64,000 bases of DNA from Spironucleus salmonicida (lineage: Eukaryota). The position numbers were made by a program, and so were the translations under genes. The notes under the pieces were generated by a model that was not told where the DNA came from, made no database searches, and was given only the letters and a program-made list of their open reading frames with translations. Positions 14,396 through 26,973 of this stretch are shown here, in pieces; positions within the stretch are counted from its first letter, which is position 1, and every line of letters starts with the position of its first letter. The stretch is taken from contig NC_090596.1 of NCBI RefSeq assembly GCF_000497125.1, forward strand, positions 434,001 through 498,000. Reading direction: 5' to 3'.

Positions 14396-14987
14396 TTTTT
14401 TGATATCTAAAAGTACTCATTTATTTATTATTTTTTATCATTATCTTTATTAATAATGCACCTTACACTTTTTGATATGTGTCTGTATTTTTATTTAAAT
14501 ATACATTTAAATTATTTCATCATAAAGAGTGCAAGATTATCTTTATTCCATGATTATTTATTGATAGTGGCATTAAAGAAATCTAGTATATACACAAAAT
14601 TATATGCTGGCAAAAAAATCTTTAATTAGACTAATATCAAAGATTATAAAATATTATAACATTACAATAACAATAAGGTAAAATATTAGTTTAAACAATG
14701 AATGTTATTAAAATTTTACGTATTGCTATTTTTTTCATCTTAAAATAGCAAATTAGATTTAAATAAACTATTATTATTTACTTTAGCTACATCATTATAA
14801 ATTACTGGTTCATATTATTATATTATAATTACAGTTTAGATAATATTAAATCAATTTACTTACCAGCTTGCTCATACATAATTTTTTAAACATCATTAAT
14901 TTAAAGATGATATACTTTTATTTCCAAAATATATACTTCACATTTCTAAATAATATAATACCTATATTTCATATTTATCTTCCAAAA

Positions 14988-15620
14988 ATGTAAGTACAAC
15001 TTCCATCATCAATCGTCAATGAAAAAGACCCTAAAAATCTTAAATCCTAAATTTTGACACTCCTATAATCATTAGAAAATATAGATTATGAATTGTGTGG
15101 AATTGACAGAATTTCAAGGAATCAGTTAGTATAAATAGCAAAAATGACGCCAAAAAATGATATTTTATTGGCAGCAAATATTGTTAATTTAAAATAAGAG
15201 CTATAATCTATTAAAGCAGAGATTTAATAGAAGCTTAATTTATAAAGAAACGCAAGAAATAGTATTTAGGATATTGATGCTGAAATAAAGATGGCACGTG
15301 ATAAAGCGGCTGTGGTTGTGAGCAAAAATATAAATCTAGAGTAGATATTTTAGGAATTTGGTATCGAAAGCTAAAATTCTATTCTAATTTAAATTTCTAC
15401 ATTGAATGAGCAAGAGAAAATTATCGATAAATAGATTTATATGATAAAAGGTAACTCGGAGAAATTTTTGGTTTAGTAGATAGAGGAATGGAACAAAATG
15501 AATTCTTTATAAAGCAAAATTCAAGGAGATGTTGATAAGGTGAAGTTAGATATTAAAAAACAGGAAACATGGTTGAGCTCTTTATAACATTAAGTAAGAA
15601 TTTTAAGTAGGGTTAAGTGA
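14988..15620 (+). CDS. Hypothetical coiled-coil protein (210 aa)
   Basis: Open frame MQVQLPSSIVNEKDP...RILSRVK*; ends AAG-TGA. Confidence 0.7.
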
Positions 15621-15913
15621 GGAACTTTGTGATTTTATGTTTAACATGATAACTTGGAATAATTGTAGCTAGCGGAACTTAATTATTTCTGAGGTAGAAA
15701 GTAATTTGAAATAGTAATATGAATGTTTAGTAGCAAAATATATTAGGTTATTAGATTAAAGAAATAATTTGCCTAGACAATAGCTACTTTAGAGATAAAA
15801 TAGGTATACTTTTGACATGTTATAACCATAATATAAATAAATAATTAAAGATTATTTATCATGTAGTTTTTTATAAATCATTTTACTGCTTAAAATAACA
15901 ATATAAAAGTAAC

Positions 15914-17176
15914 TCATTATATTGCTCTGCCCTATATATTGCCATTATTTCTAACATGAGCTGTTTTTAGACGTTATTTTTCACCCTCAATTAATTCTTT
16001 AACTAATTCATTATTCTTTCTACGAAGCAACTTTGCGTCTTTTATTTCTTATTTACGAGCTTTCCGTTCATCCTAATTCTCTTTCTTTCCTCTATAATGA
16101 GGTAAAACTACTGTAACTAGCTCTATGTTATTTTTATTAGAATCTGTTGATTACTCTGAAGCTTCCTTGTGTTCTATAATAGCACCAGTCTTCTTACTTA
16201 CTACAATCATTTATTATGATTATACATATTTATTTGATAAAATTTTAGCCGTTTTCGTTCTATCTTCTAAAGTTATTATTTATTATTTAGGTTAAGATAG
16301 TTAGTTGTAATATTCTTTCCAATTGTCATCATTATCATTATATTTTTATATATAATCGTCTATGTCAGTTTTTAAAGCAACTGGAATATTAAGATCTGCT
16401 TATTATAATTGTGGTTTTTCATCTTCATAGATATCTTCTAAAAACTCTGAGTCTAAATCTTCATTAATCAACTCCTATGCTTACTCAATATTACCACAGC
16501 TATCACTTGCCTATTCAAAATCTTGTTTGAAAAATTGAATATTTTCTTCCATTTCTAATTATTCAGCTTAATCGAGTTGCTAAACTTATTATGTTTCTTT
16601 TTATTATAAAATTTCTTCTGCATCTTCTAAATCTGCATCTTCATAATTAATATTCCCAAATAATTAATTAAGTAAGAACTATTTCGACTTTTTATCAGCT
16701 GAAATAATTTTATTTTATGATTTTGGTAGATCAGATACAAATTCGTTATCTGTTGCAACTGGTCTCGTAAGATCTACTACAAAATTTTCGTCGTTTGATA
16801 GATAAGAATTTTCAGAAAATTCCATTTTAATTGATACTTCAATTGATGAGAGTTCTACTTCATAATTATGAGTAACTGCATCCGGTTTTTCTGGCTACTT
16901 CTCTTTTAATAATGACTACATAAATATTCTTTCATCTTCATCCATTGATTATGAGCATTCAAAATCAACAGCTTCATCTTATGAATTTTGTTCTGCTTAA
17001 CAATCCTCATCATCATCCTTAGGAACAACACCTAACGGAATTACTCTATTCTATGTTATACCATGCTGAGGCACTTCTTCAAAAGCCTATTAAAGTACAC
17101 CGTTATCGTCTGTAAAAGTAACATATCTATAGATCACTTTTTTAGGCTTGAAAATACGTTCTCGCTTCTTTCCCAT
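15914..17176 (-). CDS. LTV1: LTV1-like 40S ribosome biogenesis factor
   Basis: MGKKR.. start, acidic middle, C-terminal RGKKENQDERKARKQEIKDAKLLRRK typical of Ltv1. Confidence 0.7.
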
Positions 17177-17223
17177 TTAAATTAAAGTGGAATATAAAAA
17201 GAACATTTATTATATATTTTTAA

Positions 17224-18042
17224 TCAATATTTTTTGAATATATCTTCCATTTACTTTGTTAGAGCTAAAAATATCCTTTATCGCACTTTCAGCTTTTCAA
17301 TAAGGTTCTAGTCTAGTTTACCTTAAAATAAAAAACAATCAAACCAATATTGCATTAATTTACTTTTTATTATCATCTCAAGTTCAAACTCCATTTTATT
17401 ACTAGTAAGTTTATCTATTTTTAGAATTTAATTAGATTTTTATCTACCAGAAAATAATACAGCGCTAGAAATTGACGATAGTTTATTAATAGGTACTGTC
17501 GATTTAACTTCTATAAAGATAGTCATCACTGCATAAAATTAACCGCAAGATAATCTTATAAGATGACTCTTGCCTTTTGAAAAACGCTCGAAGATACTAA
17601 ATTTCACTTAATAAATTTATTAGCTTTATTGGTGTATTTATTATTCAGATTAAGGATTCACAACAGAAAAATCTGAAATTGATTGAGTATTTGTCTTTTA
17701 TAGTTCAGTATTATGGAATTCTGGCAATTTAAAGATGAGATTTAATCCACTTAGCTTTAATATCGATTAGGGTTATGGAGCCAAAACTTTTTAGATATTA
17801 GGTTTAATCATATTTTAAATTGTTATTTCTGTAATTTATGCTGTAGGTTTTATTAAAAAAACAGACAACGGTTCATTTGAGTGTTGCTATAATGTTACAT
17901 TATACATTTAATCTTCTACAACTTCCTTTTTGGGTTATATTCTCTACAAATTATCTTATATTTATTTCTCCAACTTTTTATTAGTTATATTCGCATTAAA
18001 TTATACTTTATTCTATAAATTCACAGTATTGTCCATTACCAT
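17224..18042 (-). CDS. Hypothetical protein (~272 aa)
   Basis: Open frame read in full (alternative ATG at 18036); divergent from POLA1. Confidence 0.6.
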
Positions 18043-18095
18043 TATTTATATTAAATATCATATACTTATATATATTTTTATATTTTTCATTTTAA

Positions 18096-21000
18096 ATGAG
18101 TTCTGTTTCATCATCTTCAGCATCTTTTGCAGATGAGGTATCAAATGATTTACTAGATAGAGAATTAGAAAAAAAGTATTTATAAGAAGATTTGGCATAT
18201 GGTGGTTTAAATGATATTTAATTATCAGAATCATAAGAAAGCATCGTTGATGAAAATGTTGTTTAGTAAACTAGAAAAGAATTTTAAGCAACAACTAAAT
18301 ATACAAGTACAGCTACTTCTGGATACATAAATTAAGATATTGATGAGACTGTTTTAGAAGTTAAGAATAAATTAGAGCAGGACTTGATTATATTTACATA
18401 ATAAGCGAAGGAAAAGAATATATTAGAGATAAAGAAAGATGCGATGTAGTAAAGAAAACAAATTAAAGCATAATTTATTGAGAAAATGTAACAGCCAGTA
18501 AAAATTGAGTCATCTTTAATTAATTAATCTTAAGAATTATAAGTAAATGATAAAACCTAAGTTTAACTGTTATAAGATGAAAATTTGATTATTATTGAAG
18601 ATAAATAACCTCAAAAATAAAATGTAGTAGATTAATAATACAAATATGATGCCATAAGTACATCTCCTACTTTTGATAATACTATCATTTAACAATTAGA
18701 TAAGTCAATTTTAGATACACCTATTAATTTATCATATGATAATCATTACAAAAAAATTGGTTCTGTTACATAAGGTAAGTTAGTTATGTTTTCTACGTTT
18801 TTTGAAACATGTAAAGATGAATCCCAAGCATTGGCATGGGGCAGAGTATTAGCATTTGATAATCAATCTGAGTTATAAGGAGGTTTTGATCCAAATAAAA
18901 GCTAAACATAGGATGCATGTGTTATGATCTCTGGAATAAAAAGAGTATAATACGTTCTTCCATCTTTGAAATTAGAAAATTTTAGTATAAATTCAGTTAT
19001 TGATTGGAATGAGATTTATGATGTAAATATTAAATTTGATGATGAAAACTTTATCGATACTGTTGATCATTCATTGTATGACTAAGAAAAATTTAAAAAA
19101 CTCGCATTATCTATTCAGAATTATTTAACAACTACTTACATGGTACAATAAGTAAAGATTGAACCTGTGTATAGATCTTATTGTTTTAATAATTTAACAA
19201 TACCTAGAGAACCAAGATTATGGCTCAAAGTCACCTATTTAGCTAGTTATCCTGCAATTTAGGTTGAGTAATTTTTAAGTTAAACATAAAAATTATTTTT
19301 AACTGTATAATCAGGTACTGTTAAACCACTAGATTTATTTTTAGCATTAAATTAAATTAAAGCGGCATCCTGGATAGAATTTAAAGGATTTGACGTTAAT
19401 AGTTATAAACAAAGAATTACAGAAATACAAACCTTAGAATCATAGAACAAAAGTTCTTTTAAATTTTAAATATAATAAAAAATAATTTTTTAGACATAAA
19501 CATATCATGAATTTTAAATTGATCTTCAAGTTGGTGAAATAAAGACTGCTTTTTTACACACATAACATTCAATTCCACCCCCACATTTGTCTTGCTGTTA
19601 TTTAAGTTTTAGGTATTCAAGTGAAAATTCAATTGAAGAACCTGTTATGGCAACTCTTACATTTTCATAATAAGTGTCTTTAAATCAAAATGTCCCAAAC
19701 TAATAGTCAAATTCATAAACTTTTGTTATAGGTCGTAGAATCAAATCATTTAGACCCTTTAAAACAGGTTCTCTCTAAATGAGTTCAACTGAAATAGGTT
19801 TTGAAGATTCTGAAAAAAATAACATTATCAATATAAAGTTAATTGAATGTGAAAAAGAGATTGACTTATTTGCAATATTATTTAAACTTTTAGGCGAATT
19901 GAATCCTGATGTTATTGTTTGTCATTAACTTTATGGTTAATTTACTAATATTATGAAGCGAATTTGTAAAAATATCCCATGGCACATTATTTAGACTGAA
20001 TTGATCAGATTTAGTTCTAAACTAACCAAAACTAATCTTTATTAAACCCAATTTAGTAATGATAAATCAGACTTCTAGTCGATCATTCGATCATTATTTT
20101 CAGGTAGATTAATAATCGACCTAGAAAAATAAATTAGAGAACTTACGCCAGATGACAAACAAACGACTGTAGAATATACACTTAATGTTCTTATCAATCA
20201 GGATTTAGTTATCACACCATCATTTTTCTTTATGGAGAAATATAAGGATACGGCTATTTTCAAGTAAGAATTCCTTCCTGAATTGATGCGAGAAAATTTT
20301 GCAGTAATTAAAATTTGCAAGGAGCTTAGTATTTTACCACTAACCTCTAAAATAGCGTAGCTTACTTATTTCTAGTGGAATAATGTCCTTAATTTAGGGC
20401 GTGCTAAGCGAGTCGAATTTCTGCTCCTATTAAATTTCCTCAAAACACCATTTATTATCCCTGATTTTCAACCAGTTGAAAATTCGTCCAACCAACCAAA
20501 ATTTGCAGGTGGTTTCGTTCTAGACCCAATTCTAGGTCTTTATGATTCTGTGATTCTTGTACTCGATTTCAATTCTCTTTATCCTTCTATAATAAGGGAA
20601 TATGATATATGCTTCACAACAGTTCCACCAAGTGTCTCGATGGATTCTTTTTTAGATGAAGTAGAAAATTTAAAGTAATTCAAATTTTCTTGTTAATTGC
20701 CTAAAATTATTGCCTAATTAGTTCTTCAGAGATAGGAAGTTAAGAAGTTAATTAAAGAAAAATAGGCGTAAATTCGTGGGTCTTCTAGCAATGAGAGGGC
20801 ACACCTTGAACAACAAATGTAATAACTTGATATTTAGCAGCTAGCACTTAAACTTTGCGCGAACTCAATGTATGGATCATTGGGATACCAGATGGGTCGT
20901 TTTTATTGTCCTAAAGTTGCTGCATCAATTCCGTTCAAGGGGCGTCATGAGCTAACTAATGCAGTTATTGCAGCCAAAGAACTAGGTTACGAGGTAGTGT

Positions 21001-22529
21001 ATGGTGATACTGATAGTATAATGGTTGATACTGGAATGCGTTTTTTGTAACTAAATAAATAGATACACGGTGAATAAAATGCATCAATAGTAGCTAGAAC
21101 AGAGATAGAAAATTTGTACAAAAAAGTAGCAGGAATTGCATAGGCAATATCCAGCGCGGTTTCGACAGGAAAAAAATTCTTAGAGCTAGGTTTGGACTAT
21201 ATTTTTGTTAAGTAACTTTTACTTGCGAAAAAGAAATATGCAGCGCTCAAAATTAACTCAAATTAAGTTATTTAACTAGAGGTACGTGGGTTAGACATGG
21301 TGCGTCGTGACTGGTGTGATATTTCACGCGATTTTTCGCGAAAAATTTTGGAAATTTTGATGTGGTAGACGAAAAGTGAAGCGATAGAGAATGTGATGAG
21401 CTTCTGCGAATTTATCCGAAGTAGTTTTGCACAGAAACAGAGCCAAATAGGCATCCATTTGTTCAAAATGACAAAGAGTATTTCGAAGCCAATATCATAG
21501 TATGGATCGTAGGGTAACGATCTAGCACATGTCCATGTTGCTAAAATGATGATTAAACGTGGTAAAATTGTCAAACCAGGCCAAATTATTGAATATCTTG
21601 TGTTAAATCCATAGGTTTTACGTGAAAAATTCAAAACTGAGCCCACAAATTTTGCTTCATAATGTGTTCCATTTGAGGATGTCACTTAACATTTAAGTGG
21701 TTGTCATCCCACTTCAATTCTGGATATGGATTTTTACCTCACGGGATAGATTTTACCTCCACTTGTAAGACTCTGTGGTTTTATTCCAGATCTCTCATAA
21801 TATTAGCTTGCAGCAGCACTTGGAATTGAAATTTAATAAGCAATTTAATAGCAGACTGATTCAAGAGTTTAGGTGGCACAAGACCTTAGAGATGTCTATA
21901 GCTAGCTATCACCGTTCGTATACGCATGTAAATGCGGCTCATACAGAGCGTGGCCAGAGTCCGAGGATGTATTTTCTGTGAATCTAGATGATCGTTCAAA
22001 AGCAGTGCGCGGATCACAAAAATCAGGATCCCTGCTTGATTTTGATGATTTTTTAATGGCTAAGTGCACAAAATGTGGAGCGAAAACAGATATAGATCAA
22101 GTATACCACAGTTTACTTATATAGTTTTAATATTTTAAAAAGACATTCTACAGCTCTATAATGGCCTGCTCGAACTAGAATTGTTCAAATTATATAGATT
22201 TTTCTTCTAAAATTTCAATTTAGAAAGGTAGTCTCGAATTCAAATCGAATTTCCCATAACAGTCTAATTTAGGTGCTAACTGCCTGGCAGGTGCATGTAG
22301 CGGAGAGATGAGTAGCGTATTCAGTATTTAGTAGTACCGGAACCAGTTGTAGTTCATTTCAGAACTCTTCAACCCAAACAACCCCTTCTATAAGAGCGAT
22401 GTGGGATAGCTCTAGTAGGGTTATTCGGTTTTCTAGAGCATTCACAGTTTCGTTGAAATTTATTTAGATTAGCAAGATGTCATGTTTGTTGATGTCTAAG
22501 AAATGATAAACGGACTGAAGTGGGAGTGA
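18096..22529 (+). CDS. POLA1: DNA polymerase alpha catalytic subunit
   Basis: Family B motifs DFNSLYPSII, KLCANSMYGSLG, YGDTDS, KKKYAA, RGLDMVRRDWC, QILPP, and C-terminal Cys clusters. Confidence 0.95.
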
Positions 22530-22825
22530 GAGTGAGAGTTTTGGAATAAACAGTTTAAGATAGTTAGAAGGGTGATAATGTTTACAGTTGTAGTTAAAGA
22601 GTGAGGAAATTGATTAGTGTAAATGCTCAAATACCAATACTGTGTGCATTTTGTATAATATTCTAGTGTGTTTTATTTCAATAGTTAAATCAAAGCTGTT
22701 ACAAATATATATACATTATTGATACGAATGCATGGGCTGTTTCCAAGCTTTAGGCTAAGGCAGGTAAATGAAAAAAAATAGTATGAATAATCAATTAGAA
22801 TCTATGCACCAAAGATAAAATAAGT

Positions 22826-23521
22826 TCACTTTACAGCCCACAATCTTTCAAAGCTCAGACACACCCTAGCTGCGACACTAGCAGCACTTAGGGGATACTA
22901 AGAAATTGCAATTTTCTTGCTTACATAATCTGGATTTAAATGGCCGTGAGCAACAGCGCCTATAACGAAACAAATTGGAGTATTTGAGTTAAGGTCATTG
23001 CTATAATTTTCAAGTACATAATCTTAGAAATCAACCATTTCAGCATCTCTGGACAGCATGATAGTATCGATGTTGAGTGGAATATGTCGTGTAATAGGAC
23101 CTTTTATCAGACGGAGTAGCACATCACCTGTATCAGCAGCTCTAATAATGTGCTTATGTAATAATTATACCATAAGACCAGCAAAACGCTTGTATGTGCG
23201 AGGAAATTTAATAGCGGGATTGATATAAATAATTTAATTAAGTTTAGTTCTAATAAAAATCTATAACAGACCTGCCTTATTAAGAGGGGAGTCTACAAGA
23301 GATAAAATCGTTTGATGCAAAATATCTGGTCTAGCTTCATCGGATTTTCTTTTATTCTTCGCCAAAATATCATGATGATCATCTGAATTGAGAAGCTGAT
23401 ATTTCTCTTTCACTTAAACCGTTTCTAAAAAAGCTTCCTCAAGAATAACAATAAGACGTGTTTATCTTTCGTTCTTTGTGAAGTCAGCTTTTATAATCTT
23501 ATCTGGGTTAATTGGATCCAT
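22826..23521 (-). CDS. EMG1: Nep1/EMG1 18S rRNA pseudouridine N1-methyltransferase
   Basis: [59 protein letters not shown]. Confidence 0.97.
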
Positions 23522-23580
23522 TATGAAATGGAAAATGAAAGTAAATAAATAATAGTATTATACCGTATATTAAAGAATGA

Positions 23581-24384
23581 TCACAAAAATGCTGAAATAG
23601 GTAATGTAAATACTGTCTTTGAGTCTGCAATAGCCAAGAGGATCTAGTCATCCACATAGCAAATACTTTGAGGAATACCTGGTAAACCTACGCATGCCGT
23701 TGGAACACCAAATGAACTCATAACATATAAGAAACCAATGTTACTATCGCCATCTTCAGCTTTACATACCGATTCAGTAACTACAAATAATGAATCTTAT
23801 GGACCAGTGCACATATCAACAAGTCTGAAACTTCCATAAAATCCACTACAATATAGAGTTGGCTCATAACCAGGACGAAGGCATTTGATAACATTTTCTC
23901 CGTTAACTGCCATTAAGACAGATTAATGAGCAACACAAAGTGATGTGATACCAGGTTAATCAGCGACTTTTTGTAGCAAACCTTCTGATGAAAAAGAGTA
24001 AAGACCAGTCTGATCAGAGAAATATACATACCCGTTAAGGTTTACAATTGCTAATGGAAAATGTATTCCAGAATCCTATTCCATTAGTCCATTAACAGTA
24101 GCATCTCTTACAACTAGAACATTATTCCATGAAACGTCAGTGATGATTGTCTATTAACGATCTACGACAGTTATATCTGTAGGTTATCCTCCAGTTGATA
24201 TGAAAGGGATTGTAGTTTCAGTTGCAAGGGAGTATTCTTAAACAATCCCATTCATTCCTAAAATTAATATTGAATTATTATCTGTTGGTTATGGTCGGAT
24301 ACGAAACGGTTAAACAGTTGTTTAAAAGCTTTCTGCCCATGTGATTGTAGGATGTGTAATTGGATCTTAGGTGAATGGGTTCAT
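23581..24384 (-). CDS. Beta-propeller protein, SMP-30/gluconolactonase/NHL-like (267 aa)
   Basis: Repeated blades (TGGQPTDITV, FPLAIVNLNGYVYFSD, GIPQSICY); fold assigned by eye. Confidence 0.6.
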
Positions 24385-24444
24385 GCGGAATTTTAAAGTG
24401 TAAGTAATAATTTATTTATATATATTGGTTATTAAATTAAATTA

Positions 24445-25656
24445 ATGTAAGATTAGTAAATTCTTAAAAATACATATAAAGTTATTAAAAAAATTGGGGC
24501 AGGATCATATGGTGAAGTATTCTTAGTTGAAAATCTAATAAATTAATAATAACAAGTAATTAAAAAATCATCAATTGATAAAATATCAAACTTTAAAGAA
24601 GCCGAGTATTTATTATCTTTCGATCATCCTAATATTGTTAAAGCATATGATGTATTCGTAGAACATAATGAAGTCTGTATTGTTATGAAGTTTTATGAAA
24701 ATGGTACAGTATTATCATAAATATAACATAAGCAAAATCTAGATAAAATGTATATAAAATGGGCCGCTTAGCTTATATCTGCTATTAATTATATACATAG
24801 TAAAAATATGTTACATCGAGATATAAAATTGGAAAATCTATTTTTGGATGAAAATTTTAACTTAGTTGTTGGAGATTTTGGTGTTTCTAAAGATCTAAAT
24901 GCATCACTTGCTAAAACATTTATAGGAACACCATAACACATGAGCCCCGAAATATTTGATAATTTACCTTATTCTTTCGCTAGTGATGTTTGGGCCATAG
25001 GATGTGCCCTTTATCATATGGTAGAAAAGCGCTTCCCATTTACTGGGGGATTACCAAAAATAATGTAAGCTGTTGAAAAAGTTGAATACTAATAAATGAA
25101 ATATATTACTGATTTGAGAATTGTAGACTTAGTTCATAGAATGATTATGCATAACCCTGAAAGTAGAATCACAACACATTAAGCCGGACAATTATTAAAT
25201 GAAATATTTACAGAATATTCTATTCCATTAACAATAGATCTTGAGTAAGAAAAACCAAAAGAATCATTTAAAGAAACTGTAGTTACAACGAATGAAAATT
25301 AAATAATATAATAATTGAAACAGTTAAAGGAATCAGAGAAAAATAATCCAATAGTATAAAAATTATTATCCACCTTGATTAAACAAGTTAGTAATGAAGA
25401 TATTGCGTATAATATGATACTATCTTATTTATTTGTCATGAAATAAGTTGAATTAAAAGAAATATGTAATTTGGTCCAAGTTGATGTTAATAAACTAGTT
25501 TTGCCGAAATTGGATTGGAACTATGACCCATATGGTACTTATTTATCTGTATAAACGTTTTTTGAAACTTTATTTTTTGAAATGACAAATCATTAGAATG
25601 TAGAATTTTTACTCAAAATTGTGCGATAACTAGTAGTAATAAACACAATTAACTGA
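24445..25656 (+). CDS. NEK-family protein kinase
   Basis: IGAGSYGEV, HPNIV, HRDIKLENLFL, GDFGVSK, FIGTPQHMSPE, SDVWAIGC. Confidence 0.92.
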
Positions 25657-25668
25657 AAATAATTTATT

Positions 25669-26181
25669 TCATTCTTCATAACATCGTAAATTTTAATATA
25701 TTATATTCTATTCTATCCAAAACGCTGATATTCCATTTAGAAAAATCAAAAATGAAATCCCTAAAAACACACAAATTAATACATTTTATAAAACTGTAAA
25801 CTCGTTTCCTCCACCTTAATGCAAGGTAATAAATAACTATGTGTCATTTTAAATTAATGATATATAGTCTAAAACCGGAACTGTATTAACGATAGATATT
25901 TTTGCAGCATATCGACCATTTACTAGTCCTCCAAAATCTATAGTGAATTTTTTCTTTTAAATAAAGAAAGATGATATTTCAATATTTTAATTTCCAGATA
26001 ACTATAGGATATTTGGAGTAATTTTAAACGAGAATTATGTTGTTAACAATATTATGTACACTATATATGAAAATATAATAGAAATGCACAAACAAAACAA
26101 GAATAGGATCTTTTTTACTACTTTTGCTGGGTTTTTCCCGGCAACATTTCTTTTTAAGAAAGTTCTATGTAGTACAGACAT
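25669..26181 (-). CDS. Two-TM protein, TMEM231-like (170 aa)
   Basis: N-terminal TM after ..KRNVAG.., C-terminal TM followed by ..FWIEQNII; topology and end motifs resemble TMEM231. Confidence 0.55.
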
Positions 26182-26973
26182 TATATAAATTTAAATTTAA
26201 GTTATTGAAAAATATATAATATATTAAGATTAATGCTTGTTTCTGAATTGTATTTACTTAATAAAATATTAATATTTTATCATTCCTCATTAGAAATATT
26301 TTATTCGCGAATAAGTTTAATTTAGCTATCAAATGCTTATAAAGAATGTATTATTTAATACCTTCTTATTACATAACTGAGTTATTATTAAAGATAATGT
26401 ATGTAAGATTTTTATTAAAATATGAGTGTAAGAAAAATATTTAATAATATATATTACTCTTGAGTAATAATGGTATAGCTTATTGCATATCTTAGTTAGT
26501 GATAAAATATACAGATTTAAATTCAATGATAAATAATAATAACATAATAAGTAGTTTAACTTGTGATATAATTTTTCTGGAATAGTTTGATTATCAACTA
26601 GATATATTCTAAAAAAAACTATTCCTAATTATTTGAATTAATATACTATTTTGGATCTATTTTATCCAGTTTAGTATAATAGTAACTTAACGCATGGAAT
26701 TATACTGCTTATGGAATAAATGTAGAATAATAAGCTATTAAAATGTATATTTATATAATTCCTTAATATTACTGGTGAACTAAAGATATTAAACCCGTAT
26801 AAGGTAGTATTATCGTATATTTATTTCATACTATCTGGTTTAGAAATAACTCTCAGATAAAATCTTTAATAGTTATAATCTTATATCACTAGTGTTATGT
26901 CCCTTTCCATGAAACTACATATTTAGTATATATAACAGCAATTAATAAATTATACCATAGATAAATATTTCCG

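Noticed and set aside
15637-15913. Plus-strand ATG-initiated frame between convergent genes
   Set aside because: Runs antisense into LTV1 with no nearby stop and no recognisable motif.
21272-21981. Track ORFs antisense or out of frame within POLA1 (similar cases at 2218, 11949, 17930, 33896, 36274, 38568, 51277, 57566)
   Set aside because: They overlap well-supported genes in another frame or strand.
26287-26958. Minus-strand open frame of ~223 codons following the 909-aa gene
   Set aside because: Y/I/L-rich translation typical of AT-rich non-coding DNA; long frames arise easily with only one stop codon.
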